A stretch of 64,000 nt of DNA from Podarcis pityusensis (Eukaryota), in NCBI GenBank assembly GCA_964106645.2, contig OZ067054.1. One strand, written 5' to 3'. The notes under the pieces are model-generated. The model worked only from the letters and a program-made list of their open reading frames with translations. It was not told the DNA's origin and ran no database searches. This document shows positions 35,301-48,958 of this stretch, piece by piece. Positions within the stretch are counted from its first letter, which is position 1; every line of letters starts with the position of its first letter. Position numbers and translations under genes: made by a program.

Positions 35301-38300
35301 TACTTACCTGTAGAAGGACCACTTGAGGAGGAAGAGTTTGGCGGCTTTGGGGAAGCTGGGGCTGCCATGGTAGGGCTTCAGGACCTGGCTGACCACGCCA
35401 TCCAGCCACACGGCCCACTGTTCCAGAGAGTTCTGCTGCTGCAGAGTCATCTTAAAGTCCTGCTCAAGGCGCTCCACCACACGATTCTCGCACCGACATA
35501 CCCATGAGGCCTGCTCCTGCGGAGCAGCAAGAGGAGGAAGAAAGGCGTCTCCAGTGGGGTTTCTCTTCTCCCATTGGGTAAGCCAATGACCCACTCTGAA
35601 GCTACTTAAATGAACTGTAGAATCAAAGTGGCCAGGGAAATCGGGTACCATGGAGTCTCAAATGCCAACAAAATACCGTCAATGGCTATGAAGGCAAATC
35701 CCTCGTAATGGATGGGATGAAAAAGAGCTCCAGACGGCCCACAGAGTCCAGACTGCCCAAAGAATCTGCCATTGGAGGGGGAGGGGGAGCAGTTTGCAGC
35801 AAGGGAGCTGGCTTGCTTGTGCCCACCTAAAATCATCACAGTTTTACCCAGATAATTTCACTGTCCCACTAAGTCATCACTGGGCACCCAACTAAAAAGA
35901 TACATTCATTGCTAGAATTAATCAGCATACTTTTTCACAAGTAATAATTATCTTCTGGAACTCACAATCACAGGATGTGGTGGTCACTAGTTTAGGGCCA
36001 AGTTGCAGTAATGCCTAGTTCAGGGAATTGTTGGACTCCCAATTCCCATCAGTGCCAGCTAGCACGACCAATGGTCAGGGATGCTGGGCATTGTAGTTTA
36101 GCAGCATCTGAAGCACAAGTACCCCATCCCTACTCCAGTTATATGAATACAAATGTGCTGTTAAGTGGGGGGCAGGGGAGAGAATCTGAAGCAAAGAAGT
36201 GGGGTAAGGATGAAGCAGCACAAAGAAAAAGGGGCGTCAGCACTGCATTCATGCGTATGTGCAACATCTAAAAGGCTTTTAAACATATTCAATAAGAACA
36301 GGTCCATCAACAGCCATTAGCCATCAAACGGAAATCAACTATCCTCCAAGGACCAAATTCTGGGAACAATCCATAGGAAGGGTCCTTCTTTTTGTGTCCT
36401 ACCTGTGAGCTCCCAGTGCACATGTGCCACTATGAGTAAGTCCTATGTTGAATCAGATGGGCCTAGCAAATAAGCTGTAAGGCCTGTGTCTGACACAACT
36501 CTTATTTTGACCACTCCAAATGCCAAATAAGGCTTTGGGGTTAAATGAGACCAGTCAATAGGAAGATCATTTGCAGCTCCTGGATTCAAGATGGGAGTGG
36601 AAGAAAACAGTGGCAGAAGTGTGGAGGTTGTTACCTGGACATTAGTAAAATCCACCCTGTTGAGATCACTCAGCATCTGATTGATTTGGGCAGTGTTCTG
36701 TAAAACAGCCCGGGCAGCCTGGGCAAGGTGGTTCAAGGAGGTGTAACGCCGCAGCGTCTGGGCAAAGGCACTTGCTGCTGCAACCTGAGAGACAAAACAC
36801 AGTAACACATATTTCCCACCAGCCACAAACTGAGGAGAGCTAGGAGTTTGTTCTGCTGCCACCCCCACTAGGAAGCGGGGTGGGGGAGGAGGGGCTCCAA
36901 CTGCTGAAAAGAGCCAACTGTGGCATCAAGTTCTGGTCACTGGTGCAGAGGCAGAAAACCTCACCCAATGTGACTTGGTAGTTGTATACTGATCTGCCGC
37001 AACACAGACTGAAGGCTCCAGAGAGCACCGCCTTAAGACCTCCTAGTCTCAGAAAAATGGGAAGCCAAGACCAACGGCACCCCACAACTTCCCACGTCTG
37101 GCTCACCTTAACGCGGACCATCTCTTCTGGAATATTCATCATGGCATTTGTCAGCCAGCTCTCCAAACTTTTTGCAAAATTTCGGATTGCTTGCGTCAAG
37201 GCACCTGGGGAAGGATGTAACATTAGAATGGCCGGTTTCAAGATGGTTGACAGTCCTCTCTTCATGGGGGTAGTAGAGAATAAGTCCAAGGGCAACATGG
37301 CACTGAGGGGGTGGCTTAAATGCCTCCACCTCAGGCCAAAGAGGCTTCCTACCCAAACCTGCACATGAGGCCGATCACCCAGCCCACTATGGAACAAGGC
37401 AGGAGCATCTGGCAGAGCCCCACCAGCAGCTGAAGCATCCTGATTTCAGCATTGGTATTGGCTGTGGCCCTAGGCTTGGGATAGTCTGTTGCAGGCCTCG
37501 GATATGAGCTGGGCAGGATGAGCTTACTCGGAATGGGCCGGAGCACTTCTGGAATCAGGACCTCTACCAGCCCCTGGTACAGCAAGTTGTCACAGTCCTT
37601 CGTCCATTTGAGGACAGGCTCGTACTTGGACAGTGTCACCAAGCAGCTCTTTGGGAGACGCTTCTCTGCTTCGTCTTGACTAAATATGAAACACAGACAC
37701 CTGGTTAAAGAGCACCATCACCAAGCCACAACTCAGATTATCAAGACCCATCAGCTATGCCAGCAGCCCTTGCCTAGGAACAGCAAATAGATTTTGGATA
37801 CTAGATGTTTAAGGGCCTGCGGGGAAAAGGTGGAGATAAGATGCTAGGCAGTTATGATGGTAAAACAACTTCCTATTTTGGTTCCCCTGCAAAGGTTCAT
37901 ATTTCCTCTGTTATAAGAAGTTCATTAACAAGTTGTTATTCTTCCCCCTATCAGTTTCATTTTCCGCCTGTCCCATTTACAACCCCTGCATTTAGCCTTT
38001 ATATCCTAATGTGGCCATGCCAGCCAAGTCCTCTGTCAGCCTGAATCAACAGGCCTGCAGGGCAGTGAACTGCTCCATTCATTTTGATACAGAAGCAGAT
38101 TCTGTATTAAAGGAGCCTACAGACTATACTCAAGAGATGCTGGGGAAAATAATCTGAGTACTGGTGGCAGAGGAAGATGCAGGGAACTTGAGGAGAAGCT
38201 GATACAGGAATGGAATGTTAATTCAGCAAAGTCTGCGAATGCCTAGATTAAATCAAAACTGGTGGGAGTTTTTTTTACTGTTGTTCTACTCCCATAGGCA

Positions 38301-41300
38301 TATATGCCTAACTCTCCACTGAGTGCTGGGCTGACTATAAGCTGCAAGCCCTTGCTGCCTAGTGGCATCTGTGCCTCAGGCTGGCTACCCGTGGTAAGTG
38401 TGATATCCTTCTTAAAGGGATGAGAAAAGACATTACAGCACTGAAGTGCTATATAGCAGGGGAAACATGGAAGTGATTTTGTTGCTCAAACAGTTGAGAA
38501 ATGCACCCAGACCTGGATCATGGAGACAGTAGCCTGTCCTTAGTCCTCAGTAGTCTGATGCACTTCTTAGCAAAAAGCCAATCCCATGTACTTTTCAACA
38601 GAAGTCACTGTCACCAGAAATGACAGCCTCTGCGTCATAAATTTGCAAAGCACCCCACAGCATGTAGTTCATTTTTATATAAATGCCAAAAAACAAAGAC
38701 TCACATATCGATGGGGGTGGCTTCACTGGGCTGGTTCAAATTGTACCTCCAAAAAGTCTTCCAGAGTGTCTCCACCAGTGTGAATTGCAAGTTTACCATC
38801 ACATCAACAATGGCCTGAGGAAGAGAAGTAGTTGTATGATTTAATTCTAGACCTGCCAGGCAGGAACAGAGATAGCAGGATCCTCCCTGCTAAATTACCG
38901 CATTTTTCGCTCTATAAGACGCACCAGACCACAAGACGCACCTAGTTTTTGGAGGAGGAAAACAAGGAAAAAAAATATTCTGAATCTCAGAAGCCGAACA
39001 ACAAGAGGGATCGCTGCACAGCGAAAGCAGCAATCCCTCTTGCTGTTCTGGCTTCTGGGATAGCTGCGCAGCCTGCATTTGCTCCATAAGACGCACACAC
39101 ATTTCCCTTTACTTTTTAGGAGGAAAAAAGTGAGTCTTATAGAGCAAAAAATACGGTAATTTGTTCCTATCAACAAGATGATAGGCTGCCTTTAAAGAGT
39201 CAACCCAGTAGTCCAGCACATTCTGTCATTTCTGAATTCAAAGCCAATACTCTGCTAATACTCAAGCAGAATATTTCAGAGAGCAGATAGAACATAAAGG
39301 CTGCTCGGGTGGGGTTCATGGACAGACTCAATACAAATTATTTCATATTGAAGCAAAACTCTAATTATTCCATCTGTGCCATGCAAACTGAGTACCTGCC
39401 TGCAAGGTGTGCTGCCTGACTTGCTTTCCCCCAGTGACTAAATCACATTAATTTCAGTTGTTCACTCATGTATGGTAACCCTACTTTGAGCAAGTGTTTC
39501 TTCAGTCTCACAACAGATGTCCCTCAATCTGAAATGTGTGTATGTCCACTCTCAACTTCACACATACAGGCTCGAGCACTAAAAAACTAATGCTACAATA
39601 AATTCATTAATCTTTAAGAAATATATGCAGATGGCAAGATGCTTCTGAATTCCATGATGCTTCTTGTAGTTAAACATCTGCACAAATGCTGCAGCTAGAA
39701 CAGACCATTCACCAGCACATAGCTTAGGTGCTTAAAAGCTTCCTCTGAATAAAAATAAACAAACAAATAAAAAATTTGCATGGGCTGTCCATTTGCTACC
39801 AGGCGAAGTTCAAGACTCTTCTTTTAATTTACAAGGGCTTAACAACTTGGGCTCCGGATACGTTAAGGACTACCTTACTCCTTATATCCCTGCCCAATCA
39901 CAGAGGTCTTGAGGTGAATCACAGTCAGTGGTCCCCCATGACTCCGATATTCAGCTTGTATACCAGGATCCAAGCATTTAGTATTGTGGGCACAATGATG
40001 TGGAACTTCCTCCCAACTGAGATCAGACAGCCCCCCCCCCCCCCCTGTTGAATTTCTGGTACATGGGTGGGGCAGACCTTTCTACTTCACTAGGAATCTT
40101 AAGTAAGTTTTCTGATGTTGTCGCTCATTTTAATTGATTTTATCTTTATTGTTTCTGTATAACTGTATAACACTGTATAACACTTAGAGAATACAGGGTT
40201 AAGCATATACCCATATAAATAGTTGAAATAAAAAAAATTTTAAAAATCAGCTCAAGCTGACTGTTTAAAAAACTAAGATCCTAAAAACAAGGCACACAAC
40301 TATTTTGTGGAAACTCTCTCAGGGATGAAACCCCTTCAAGGGTGAGTTAATACAATCAGCCTGAGCAACAGGTGTATCACCTCCAAAACAAGTTATGAGA
40401 ATAACAATGCCTGAGATTTTCAAAAGTTCAGGCAACTGAATGGCAAAAAAGTCCGCCACAGATTACTGGATCAGGGGCATCACGTAATGAGTTTAGAACA
40501 GGCAAAGCTGTGGCAGCAGTATAACTGACCTGCAAGGCAGTCTAGAAATGTTTAATAAAATGAAACAATTAAAAGAGGACAACTCAGAAGAAAAATTCAA
40601 AAGGGGTTAAGTTGGCCTGGTTCTGCTTCCACTGACATGGCTTTGCCTAGAAGTAGCCAGAGCAATGCCAGGCCTACAAGCAAGCATGTGGGGCTGCAGA
40701 GGGTGGTCCATTTGATGCACACCTGCCTGGGAGGCACATTAGCCTGCTACTTTCCAACTGCATCCAGTGGGCTGTAGCACAGGAGTGGGGAACCTTTTTT
40801 AGCCCATTAGGGCTGCAGTCCCTCATGGGCAACCTTCCCTGCCACTAGCGGGCAGGTTGAGAGGGAGGAAATGTGGAAGGGGAGTGCGTTCCAAGGCAAA
40901 AGTAGGTTATACTGTGGGCTACACTCCAGTCACACAGAAGCTGTTTGTACAATCCACCCGCTTACCCTGCAAACACACCCATCACTCCACCCTCTCTGGA
41001 GGCAAGCAAGAGGCACTGCCATAGTTCAGGGGTACATTCCATCCAAGCAAGAACATTCAAGGCGGGTATGGAGCAGGGCCAGGAAAGGAACCGGAGGCGC
41101 TCCACCCCTGCCTAGATTTCCCTTTCCAATGTGCTCTCCTGATGTACCTCGCAATGCTCTCGATAGAGCGACTGGAAAGACTTCACATCTTCGGCTCCAA
41201 TGCCCTCAGGGAGGGACTTCCCTTGTAGGTCTATCTCTGCAAAGTCAGGCAGGCTGCGAGAGGCATCTGTGTGGAGGAGAGAGACATCAGCCCTCCAAGC

Positions 41301-44300
41301 CCAACCCTGGGTCCCAGGGAGCAGCCCCACCTTGACACTGTCTGCTGAAGTTTGATCGAAAAGGTGGTGGTTTATCTGCTTCAGGATCTATAGCTTCTCA
41401 GGGGACTGGGGAGTTGTGTTTCCATGGCCCACTCTATCCTTGGCCACAAGGGCGAGACTGCCAGCACTGAAGCCACACAGACCTGCTTCAAATGTAACAT
41501 GGACACAAAATGGTTGTCGCCCAAAAATAATTCCTTGTAGTGAGGACTCCGTGCAGGGGTTATGGTAATGCATGCAAAGAACTTCACACATACAGTGAAA
41601 AAATCTCATTCCAGTACTGCATTTCCTGGGACATGGAAGTTCTCCGCAATACTTGGCTCTGAGATGGTGTTCCTACCACACAGACACTGTCTAAGGTATC
41701 AAACAAGTCACATCAGGCACGGCACGACAGAATCTCCACCAAAAAAGTCATTTTCTGTGAGCCAGGTGGTTAAACATGGAACCCTAACAACTGCACGTAG
41801 AAGCTTGTGTCGCATGTCCTCTGCTTCCATCTCAAAGACCACACTCTGCCATGTGCAAAAGAGTGGCCCTCCTTACCCAGGAATTGCTGGTACTGTTGTA
41901 CTTGGGCACTGATGTCAGACAGCCCCGAGGCTTGCTGCTGCCCGACAGCCACTCCATTGGTCATGCCTTCCATCTTCTGAATGGGTTTGAGCCTATAAGG
42001 CAGAACAACTTGGAGTCAGCCCACAACACATCACAGTAACACCAATAGCATCTGCCTATGTCAAGAGCATGGGATACAGAGAGAAAAGGGTTGCCTCAGA
42101 TTCTGTTATGGAAAAATCTTCAGCAGATAACGCTTCAAAACATTTCAAGGTCCTGATGCCACTTTCCACACTAGGGAGAACTTCAAGAATATCTATCTCA
42201 CCAAAGAAGTTCCTCAGTTCCAAGAGGATAATAGCACTACAAGGGTCCACAGTTTTGGGGACCTGCATACAACACTCTACTCTTTCATATAATGCTTGGG
42301 CTATATGGTCCTTGGTTTGCCTTGCTGATATGTACACTTTGCAACTGTAATAATATTTTGTATATGCCAGGGTTTCAGTCCTGACTTCCTCCCAGCCCTA
42401 CCTGAAGATGCCAGAAATTGATGCTCAGACCTTCTGCTTGCTAAGGATGTGCTCTGCTACTAAACTACGGTCCTTCCCCTGCACTATTGCCTACCTTTGC
42501 TTCTGAGAAAAGGGCTGTTGCCTCATGGCCAAGTGTTGCTGATCCTCCATGAGCCGCAGCAACGGGGAGTTAGCTTTGATGCGTAGCCCGTAGTAGTGGT
42601 ATTTGGAGTTTCCTCTGAAAGAAAAGTGAAGTGGGAAAACATAAGCCTCCATATAAACAAACCCCTTGGACCACAACAAAAGGTACACCACCAGACACAG
42701 AGAGATGTTATCAAGGTACCCTTAGGTACATAACAGGCCAAATTCAACTAACCAGTGCCACTAGTGAAAGCCCACGCAAGAACTTCGGCTGGCGCAATGG
42801 GACTTTTCTTACCTCTCCTCCCCGTATGTACTACTGGTAGTTACCAGGAGGAAGATGTAAATAATAAAAAACGATTTTGCCCATTTGGCCATTACAAAGC
42901 TTCACTGGCATGGCGCAAATCAGATCAGTGTGAGTCCAGGCATTAGGCCTCTGCATTAAGAAGCAAGCTCCCTTTTAGGAGACATTTGGTACCTTCCAAC
43001 TGCTCTGAGAAAGGGTGGGTTTTGTATGTGCCTCTCCCCGCCCTGTACAGCACACCCACACTTCCCCCACGCTCTGCTCAATCTGAGGTTTGTGAATGGG
43101 AAACAAGGTGGACTTTAGTGCTGATAGTAATTGTATTCCTGAAGCTCCCGGGGGATGCAGAGATGCTTGGCAGCTTAGGTACCTCACATTTTTACTCTGC
43201 GATGCTGCCATGCAGCCCCCGGGGGTTCCATCTTTCATTTACCTGGTTCCAAGCCGGCGTGTGCGAAGTCCCATAAACACTGAGCGGATGAGCTTGCCAA
43301 AGGAAGCTGCATTGACTGGCTCCAGTTTCTGCTCCTGGCAATGCAGGAGGTAATGGCAATACAAGGTACTCCGTGGAAGGCTTACACCTTCCGCAGTCTC
43401 ATAGTTATCCAACAGCCACTGGACCTGCAAAGAAACAGGAATCTAAGTTATGGGCCTTCCAAGCCCTTTTGTTTGCAGTTATTGAAGGGTAGTTCAGGTA
43501 CTGTCACAATCTCTCTCAATGAATGGTTCGCATGGTGCAACCCATGCTTGGGAGGTTGGCACCATCTTAATAAGCCATGTGAGGGTCCATTCTCTTCCCA
43601 CTCTCAGGGTCCCAAAATTATACAAGAGAAGGCTGTGTTGATGCCAAAGTCAAACATTTAACACTCCTATATTATTAGGTAAAGGGACCCCTGACCATTA
43701 GGTCCAGTTGCAGATGACTCTGGGGTTGCGGAGCTCATCTTGCTTTATTGGCCGAGGAAGCCAGCGTACAGCTTCCAGGTCATGTGGCCAGCATGACTAA
43801 GCTACTTCTGGCAAACCAGAGCAGCGCACAGAAACGGTGGTTACCTTCCCGCTGGAGTGGGGGGAGTACCTATTTATCTACTTGCACTTCATGCTTTTGA
43901 ACTGATAGGTTGGCAGGAGCAGGGACCAAGCAACGGGAGCTCACCCTGTCTCAGGGATTTGAACTGCAAACCTTCTGGTTGGCAAGCCCTAGGCTCTGTG
44001 GTTTAACCCACAGCGCCTTCTTTTAAATAAGAACCACGCATCTTTTTACAAGCCTTACACTGAAATCCTATGGAAGCAGTATAGAGACCTGCCATTAGAT
44101 TCCCCCTCCACACCCCAACTTTCGCAGCCCTGGCCCTACCAACATTGGTGCTCAGAGCTGGCAGGGTAGGACCAAAAGGGGTTTGCAGGTCAGGGCTGGG
44201 AGATGACCAGGGAAAGGCATGAATTATGCCAAACCCAGGACTGAATTAGGCCAGTCCAAGAGCTGGAGTACCTCAATCCCATTTCTTTTCCTTCCATTGT

Positions 44301-45057
44301 TTCCAATGAAGAATTAAGGAATTGTTTCCTGCGAGAACTAATGAATTCTAATGGGTCTAAAGAAACACAGAAGAGAAAGCAGGCACATTTCACAATCTTC
44401 AGTTAGATCCACCATGAGGTAAAGAGTGCTTTCGGAAGGCTGGTCTCAGAGAACAAGACCAATGAAGTAGGGAAAGTAGCATCAAGGGCCAGAAAATCTA
44501 AGCAAGAGCATCCCCTCTTAACAGGAGACAAAAACCACAAATAAGTTCTCTGTGCAAGCTATATTAACTTATGGCAGAGATGGGGAATCTGTGACCCTCC
44601 AGATGTTGATATACTCAAATTCCCATTACCCTCAGCCACCATGGCCAATGATCAGGATGATGGGAGGTGTAGTCCAGTAACATTTGGAAGGACACAGGTT
44701 CCCCACCTCTGACTAAGGAAATGAAACACTTCTGTCGATCTACATTGAAGCTGTGCAAGAGGATGGCAAATTGTGCCCTCTGGGTGAAATCTGTCTTGTG
44801 TTCCACTCTGCTGCCTTTAATGACATCCAAACATGCTACTTTCCCTCATGATAGGGCTGTCTTGGGTGGTATCTTTTACTGAACAAGCTTCTGGTTCATC
44901 GTTCACTAGAATGATCAAAGCTATTGTTTTCCTTTGAGTCTCAAAAGCATTATGAATTACTTCATACTTTCACATGCCTACCGTAATACAAATGTTCAAA
45001 GCACTTTTAAAAGATATAAAATGATTCCATCAGAAAGAGCCCCAGGCCTATCAAATA

Positions 45058-45096
<39 letters not shown>

Positions 45097-48000
45097 TTTA
45101 TCCCATCGCAGCAATGTCCTCTTGGAAGGGCAAAAGAACACTGAACAGAGGAACATGCATAAGTGTTTAATTCTCTAAGTCATTGGTTTTCAGACTTGCT
45201 ACCTTCAAAGGACATTTTCCATATCAACTTGTCCACAACAGAACCCCTAGCATTGCAGAGAATGCTGGGACATTTTCTTGAATGCACAGGGTGCTGCTAT
45301 TGACTGTTAGGGCTCAAGGTTGCTCTGTGTGGACTGAGAGTGCACCCAAAAGGGGCCCAGTACTTTCTTGCTGCTGCACCTTGAACAGAATGATCAGCTG
45401 TGGACAGGCAAGCCATCTCAGGGAAGCTTGCACCAATCATTATGGGTCTTCTAATTAAAGAACCCTGAGAAGTCTCCAAGGAACCCCAGGTTCCCTGGAA
45501 CACAGCCATGAAAACCACTGCTCTAAGAGCACTTGGACAAGTTGCTGAAAAAAGCAAAGAGGCTCCCGGAAGCTCCAATCCCCTTGAATGAACAGCAAGG
45601 TATTCAGAGTGAGACTCAGACTTACAGTTGCTGGGGAGGCACGAGTGGTGTGCGAGTACGACTGGCTTGAACTTCCCAGCATGTAACCTCCTTGAATCAC
45701 GTAGGTCCCCGTGCTGCTGCTGCCACTGCCTCCTCCACCGCCACCACCAGTGCTGCCACCGCCACCACCATTTCCATTTCCACCTCCTCCTCCTCCAGCA
45801 CTGCTGCCTCCGTTTGGGTTGGCTATGATTTGCCCTCCAGAGACATACATGGGCACTGACCCACTGCTGGCCACAGTCTGGGAGGTTGCTGGGGTGGAGA
45901 CCTGGGTTGGGGTGCCTTGCGATTCATAGTAGTTTGCGCCAGTGTTCTGAGTGTAGAGAGGGGTTTCCGTGTAAGGGTAAGTGTTGGAGCGTCTGAAAAC
46001 AGGAGAAAGAGGTGCTGTTTCCATCTCTGATTTCCAAGTGAAGAAAACAACCACTTGTTATAGAGAAATGGCAGCTAAACATATACACCACCCTACAGTG
46101 AGCAAAAAGGAGAAGGCTGTACATCACCACTCCTTTACCATGCTTTTTGCTTAGATCAAGATGACTTAGCTTAGGGGTGCACAAACCCAGCTCCCAAGTG
46201 ATTTCACTTGGGGTTTTTTTTCCATTAGAAAACAGGGACAATCAACAGCCAATCCACCAATCTTCTTCAAGGCAGCACTTCAGAATAACTTCCCTGATTT
46301 TCGACAACATTTACTATATAAACTTTCATTTTCTATTCTTTACAAAACAATAATAAACAGTTCATTTTTTAAAAGAAAAATCTAAGTTCATGCGCCCATA
46401 GTTTCATTTATAATAAAAAGGGGAAATGCCTAAGAGATATCGTCCACACCCTAGTGCTTCATCTGTGTTTGGTATTTGTATGTAATGTTCTAAGGTAAAA
46501 GGCAAAGGACCCCTGGATGGTTAAGTCCCGTCAAATTTGACTATGGGGTGCGGCACTCATCTCACTTCAGGCCGGGGGAGCTGGTGTTTGTCCACAGACA
46601 GCTTTCTGGGTCATGTGGTCAGCATGACTGAACTGCTTCTAGCACAACGGGACACCGTGACAAGTGCCAGAGAGCACAGAAATGCCATTTACCTTCCTGC
46701 CGCAGTAGTACCTATTTATTTACTTGTGCTGGCATGCTTTCGAACTGCTAGCTTGGCAGGAGCTGGGACAGAGCAACGGGAGATCACCCCGTTGTGCAGA
46801 CTTGAACTGCCAACCTTCCGATCGGCAAGGCTCAACACCACCTGCTCCCAGAACATAATGTTCAGCTGTGACTGGGTGAAGATACTCCATAACCATTAAC
46901 CCTTCATTGCTAGGTGGCACCAATGTTGTGATGGAGCCTGGCCATCCAGAAAGGCATTTCCAGCTGCTAGATCATTGTCTGGCCATCTATGCACAGGGAA
47001 GTTGACCGTCTCTGGCTTAAGATACAGAATAGAATCAATTAGCATCTGTGTGAAGATCTGTGTCTCTTGCAACCTGCACCTGACAGGAGTCCATACCCGG
47101 CTCACTGTGAGCTTGAATGCTGGGGCAGCACCGGTATGATAAAGCCTTCCTTCTCACCAGGCATGTACTCACATGGTACTTGCTGTGTAGCTGGCATCAC
47201 CTCCTTCCACATACTGCACCTGGTTGGGATAGACATGCTGCACAGGTACCTGCTGGAGCTGCTGCACCTGAGAACGCAGCAAGCCCACAAAGAGAGGAAA
47301 GGAAAAGAGGTGAGACAGGATGGGCCAAGTCGCTGCACTCCACTCTCTCTAATCCCTCCCAAGACAAAAGGCGTCTTTGTCTAGGCGCCTCTAGACAAAA
47401 GGCGACCTCTCTGCCTTCCTAATTGCCACACCTACTGTCAATCTGCTTGCAGCAGTCATCACCTGTCTCATGATTTATATTTGCCTCTATCCTGCATCTG
47501 ACATTGATCTAGCAGACATTAAATGTGGGGGAAGGGGGTTCGGGGACGGGACGGGACTCTAGAATGCTTATTCCCATGAACCAAGGATTTCCCCACAAGT
47601 CAGAGCCGTAGTGAGGAAAGTCAGGAACCCAGGGTCCAAATACTCTGATCCTGGGAAAAGCAGCACAATGGTATAACATGGAGAAGGAAGTGCTGGGGGC
47701 TCTTGCTGGGCAGGCAAGAGCCCCCAACAGATTCTCTTGCGTTCCCTTCTGGAATGCTAAGGTGCAGAGCTGCATGCAATTCCATCACTTCTAAAGGTCA
47801 CTTTGCACATTTTTGTTAAGAGTGCAGCTAAAATGTTGCAAGTGTACATCTACAAGAGTAAAGTGCAGGTGTGAGAAATATACATTTGCATTATGCAGAT
47901 GCACTTGTAGGACAGCCACGATTGGCTGCAGTTGCCCTCGAGTGCATACTCAATGGCAAACCTGGGTTCGCTCCTGTGTAAAGTGTGAAATGGCCCTTTG

Positions 48001-48927
48001 CAACAATGGTACAATATTGGTTTTATGGAAATACATGGATTATAGCACAGCTTTATAAACAAGAGGCCTTTTACTTGCCATGATGGGCCTAATGTCTTAC
48101 AATGTGATGAGGTGATTTGAAGAAAACTCAGTTTCCACTCACTAGACAGCAGCTAACTTTGGCTCAGGGAGCTGCCTTTGTTTCAGTAGCTGATACAGTT
48201 TTAGGGCAAACGGGCTAAGTAGTCCTCATACAATCGGTACTGCATGATTTAGCTTACCTAGATCAGACCTTGTTCATAAACATAGATGCAGTTATCTGGG
48301 ATCCTGGCTAGCTATGGCAAGCCTCTGTTCTGGCTCCCAAATACTGAAAGTCCTGCACAAAACGTAGCATGCTTATCTGGTGGCATATGTCTCCCACAAA
48401 CCCCAATCCCTCAAGACCTCCATATCTACATCTGATTCAAGCAAATGAAATCAAAATCACATCCAGTGCTGAAGAGGTCCAAGAATTTCAATTTCTCTGG
48501 CAGTATGTGGGGAAGGAAAGAGGGTTGCTCTACCATCGCTAATTAAGAGGAGAGTCACAATCGTAGAGAAGGGGATAATGCTGGCAAGCTCTGCTACCTG
48601 ACTCTGTGGGAAGGGAAATGCACAGAGCTTGCTATTCTTGGATCTCAATCGGTGCCCTCTGCAGGACCTACTTTAAGTGCTGTAGCTGCTGTTCCAAACA
48701 CTAGCACCTGAGGGACTCTCTGAATCTTGACTCTCTGGTCAGGGCTGGAGTGATGAGAGGAGAGGAATGGCAGCTGCTCTATCACCACCTTCTGTTGTGG
48801 CAGGAGGAGCGGTTGAGGAAGCATGCGGACCAGCTCCACCCACTGCTCCGAGGCAGAATCTAGAGAATGCATGTAGTGGAGCCTGTGCTCTGGGCCAGAT
48901 AAACAGCAGCTGGCCAGCTGGGGTGCA

Positions 48928-48958
<31 letters not shown>

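Noticed and set aside
45628-45929. Plus-strand Pro/His/Cys-rich ORFs
   Set aside because: Antisense shadows of the poly-Gly RFX1 exon 9.
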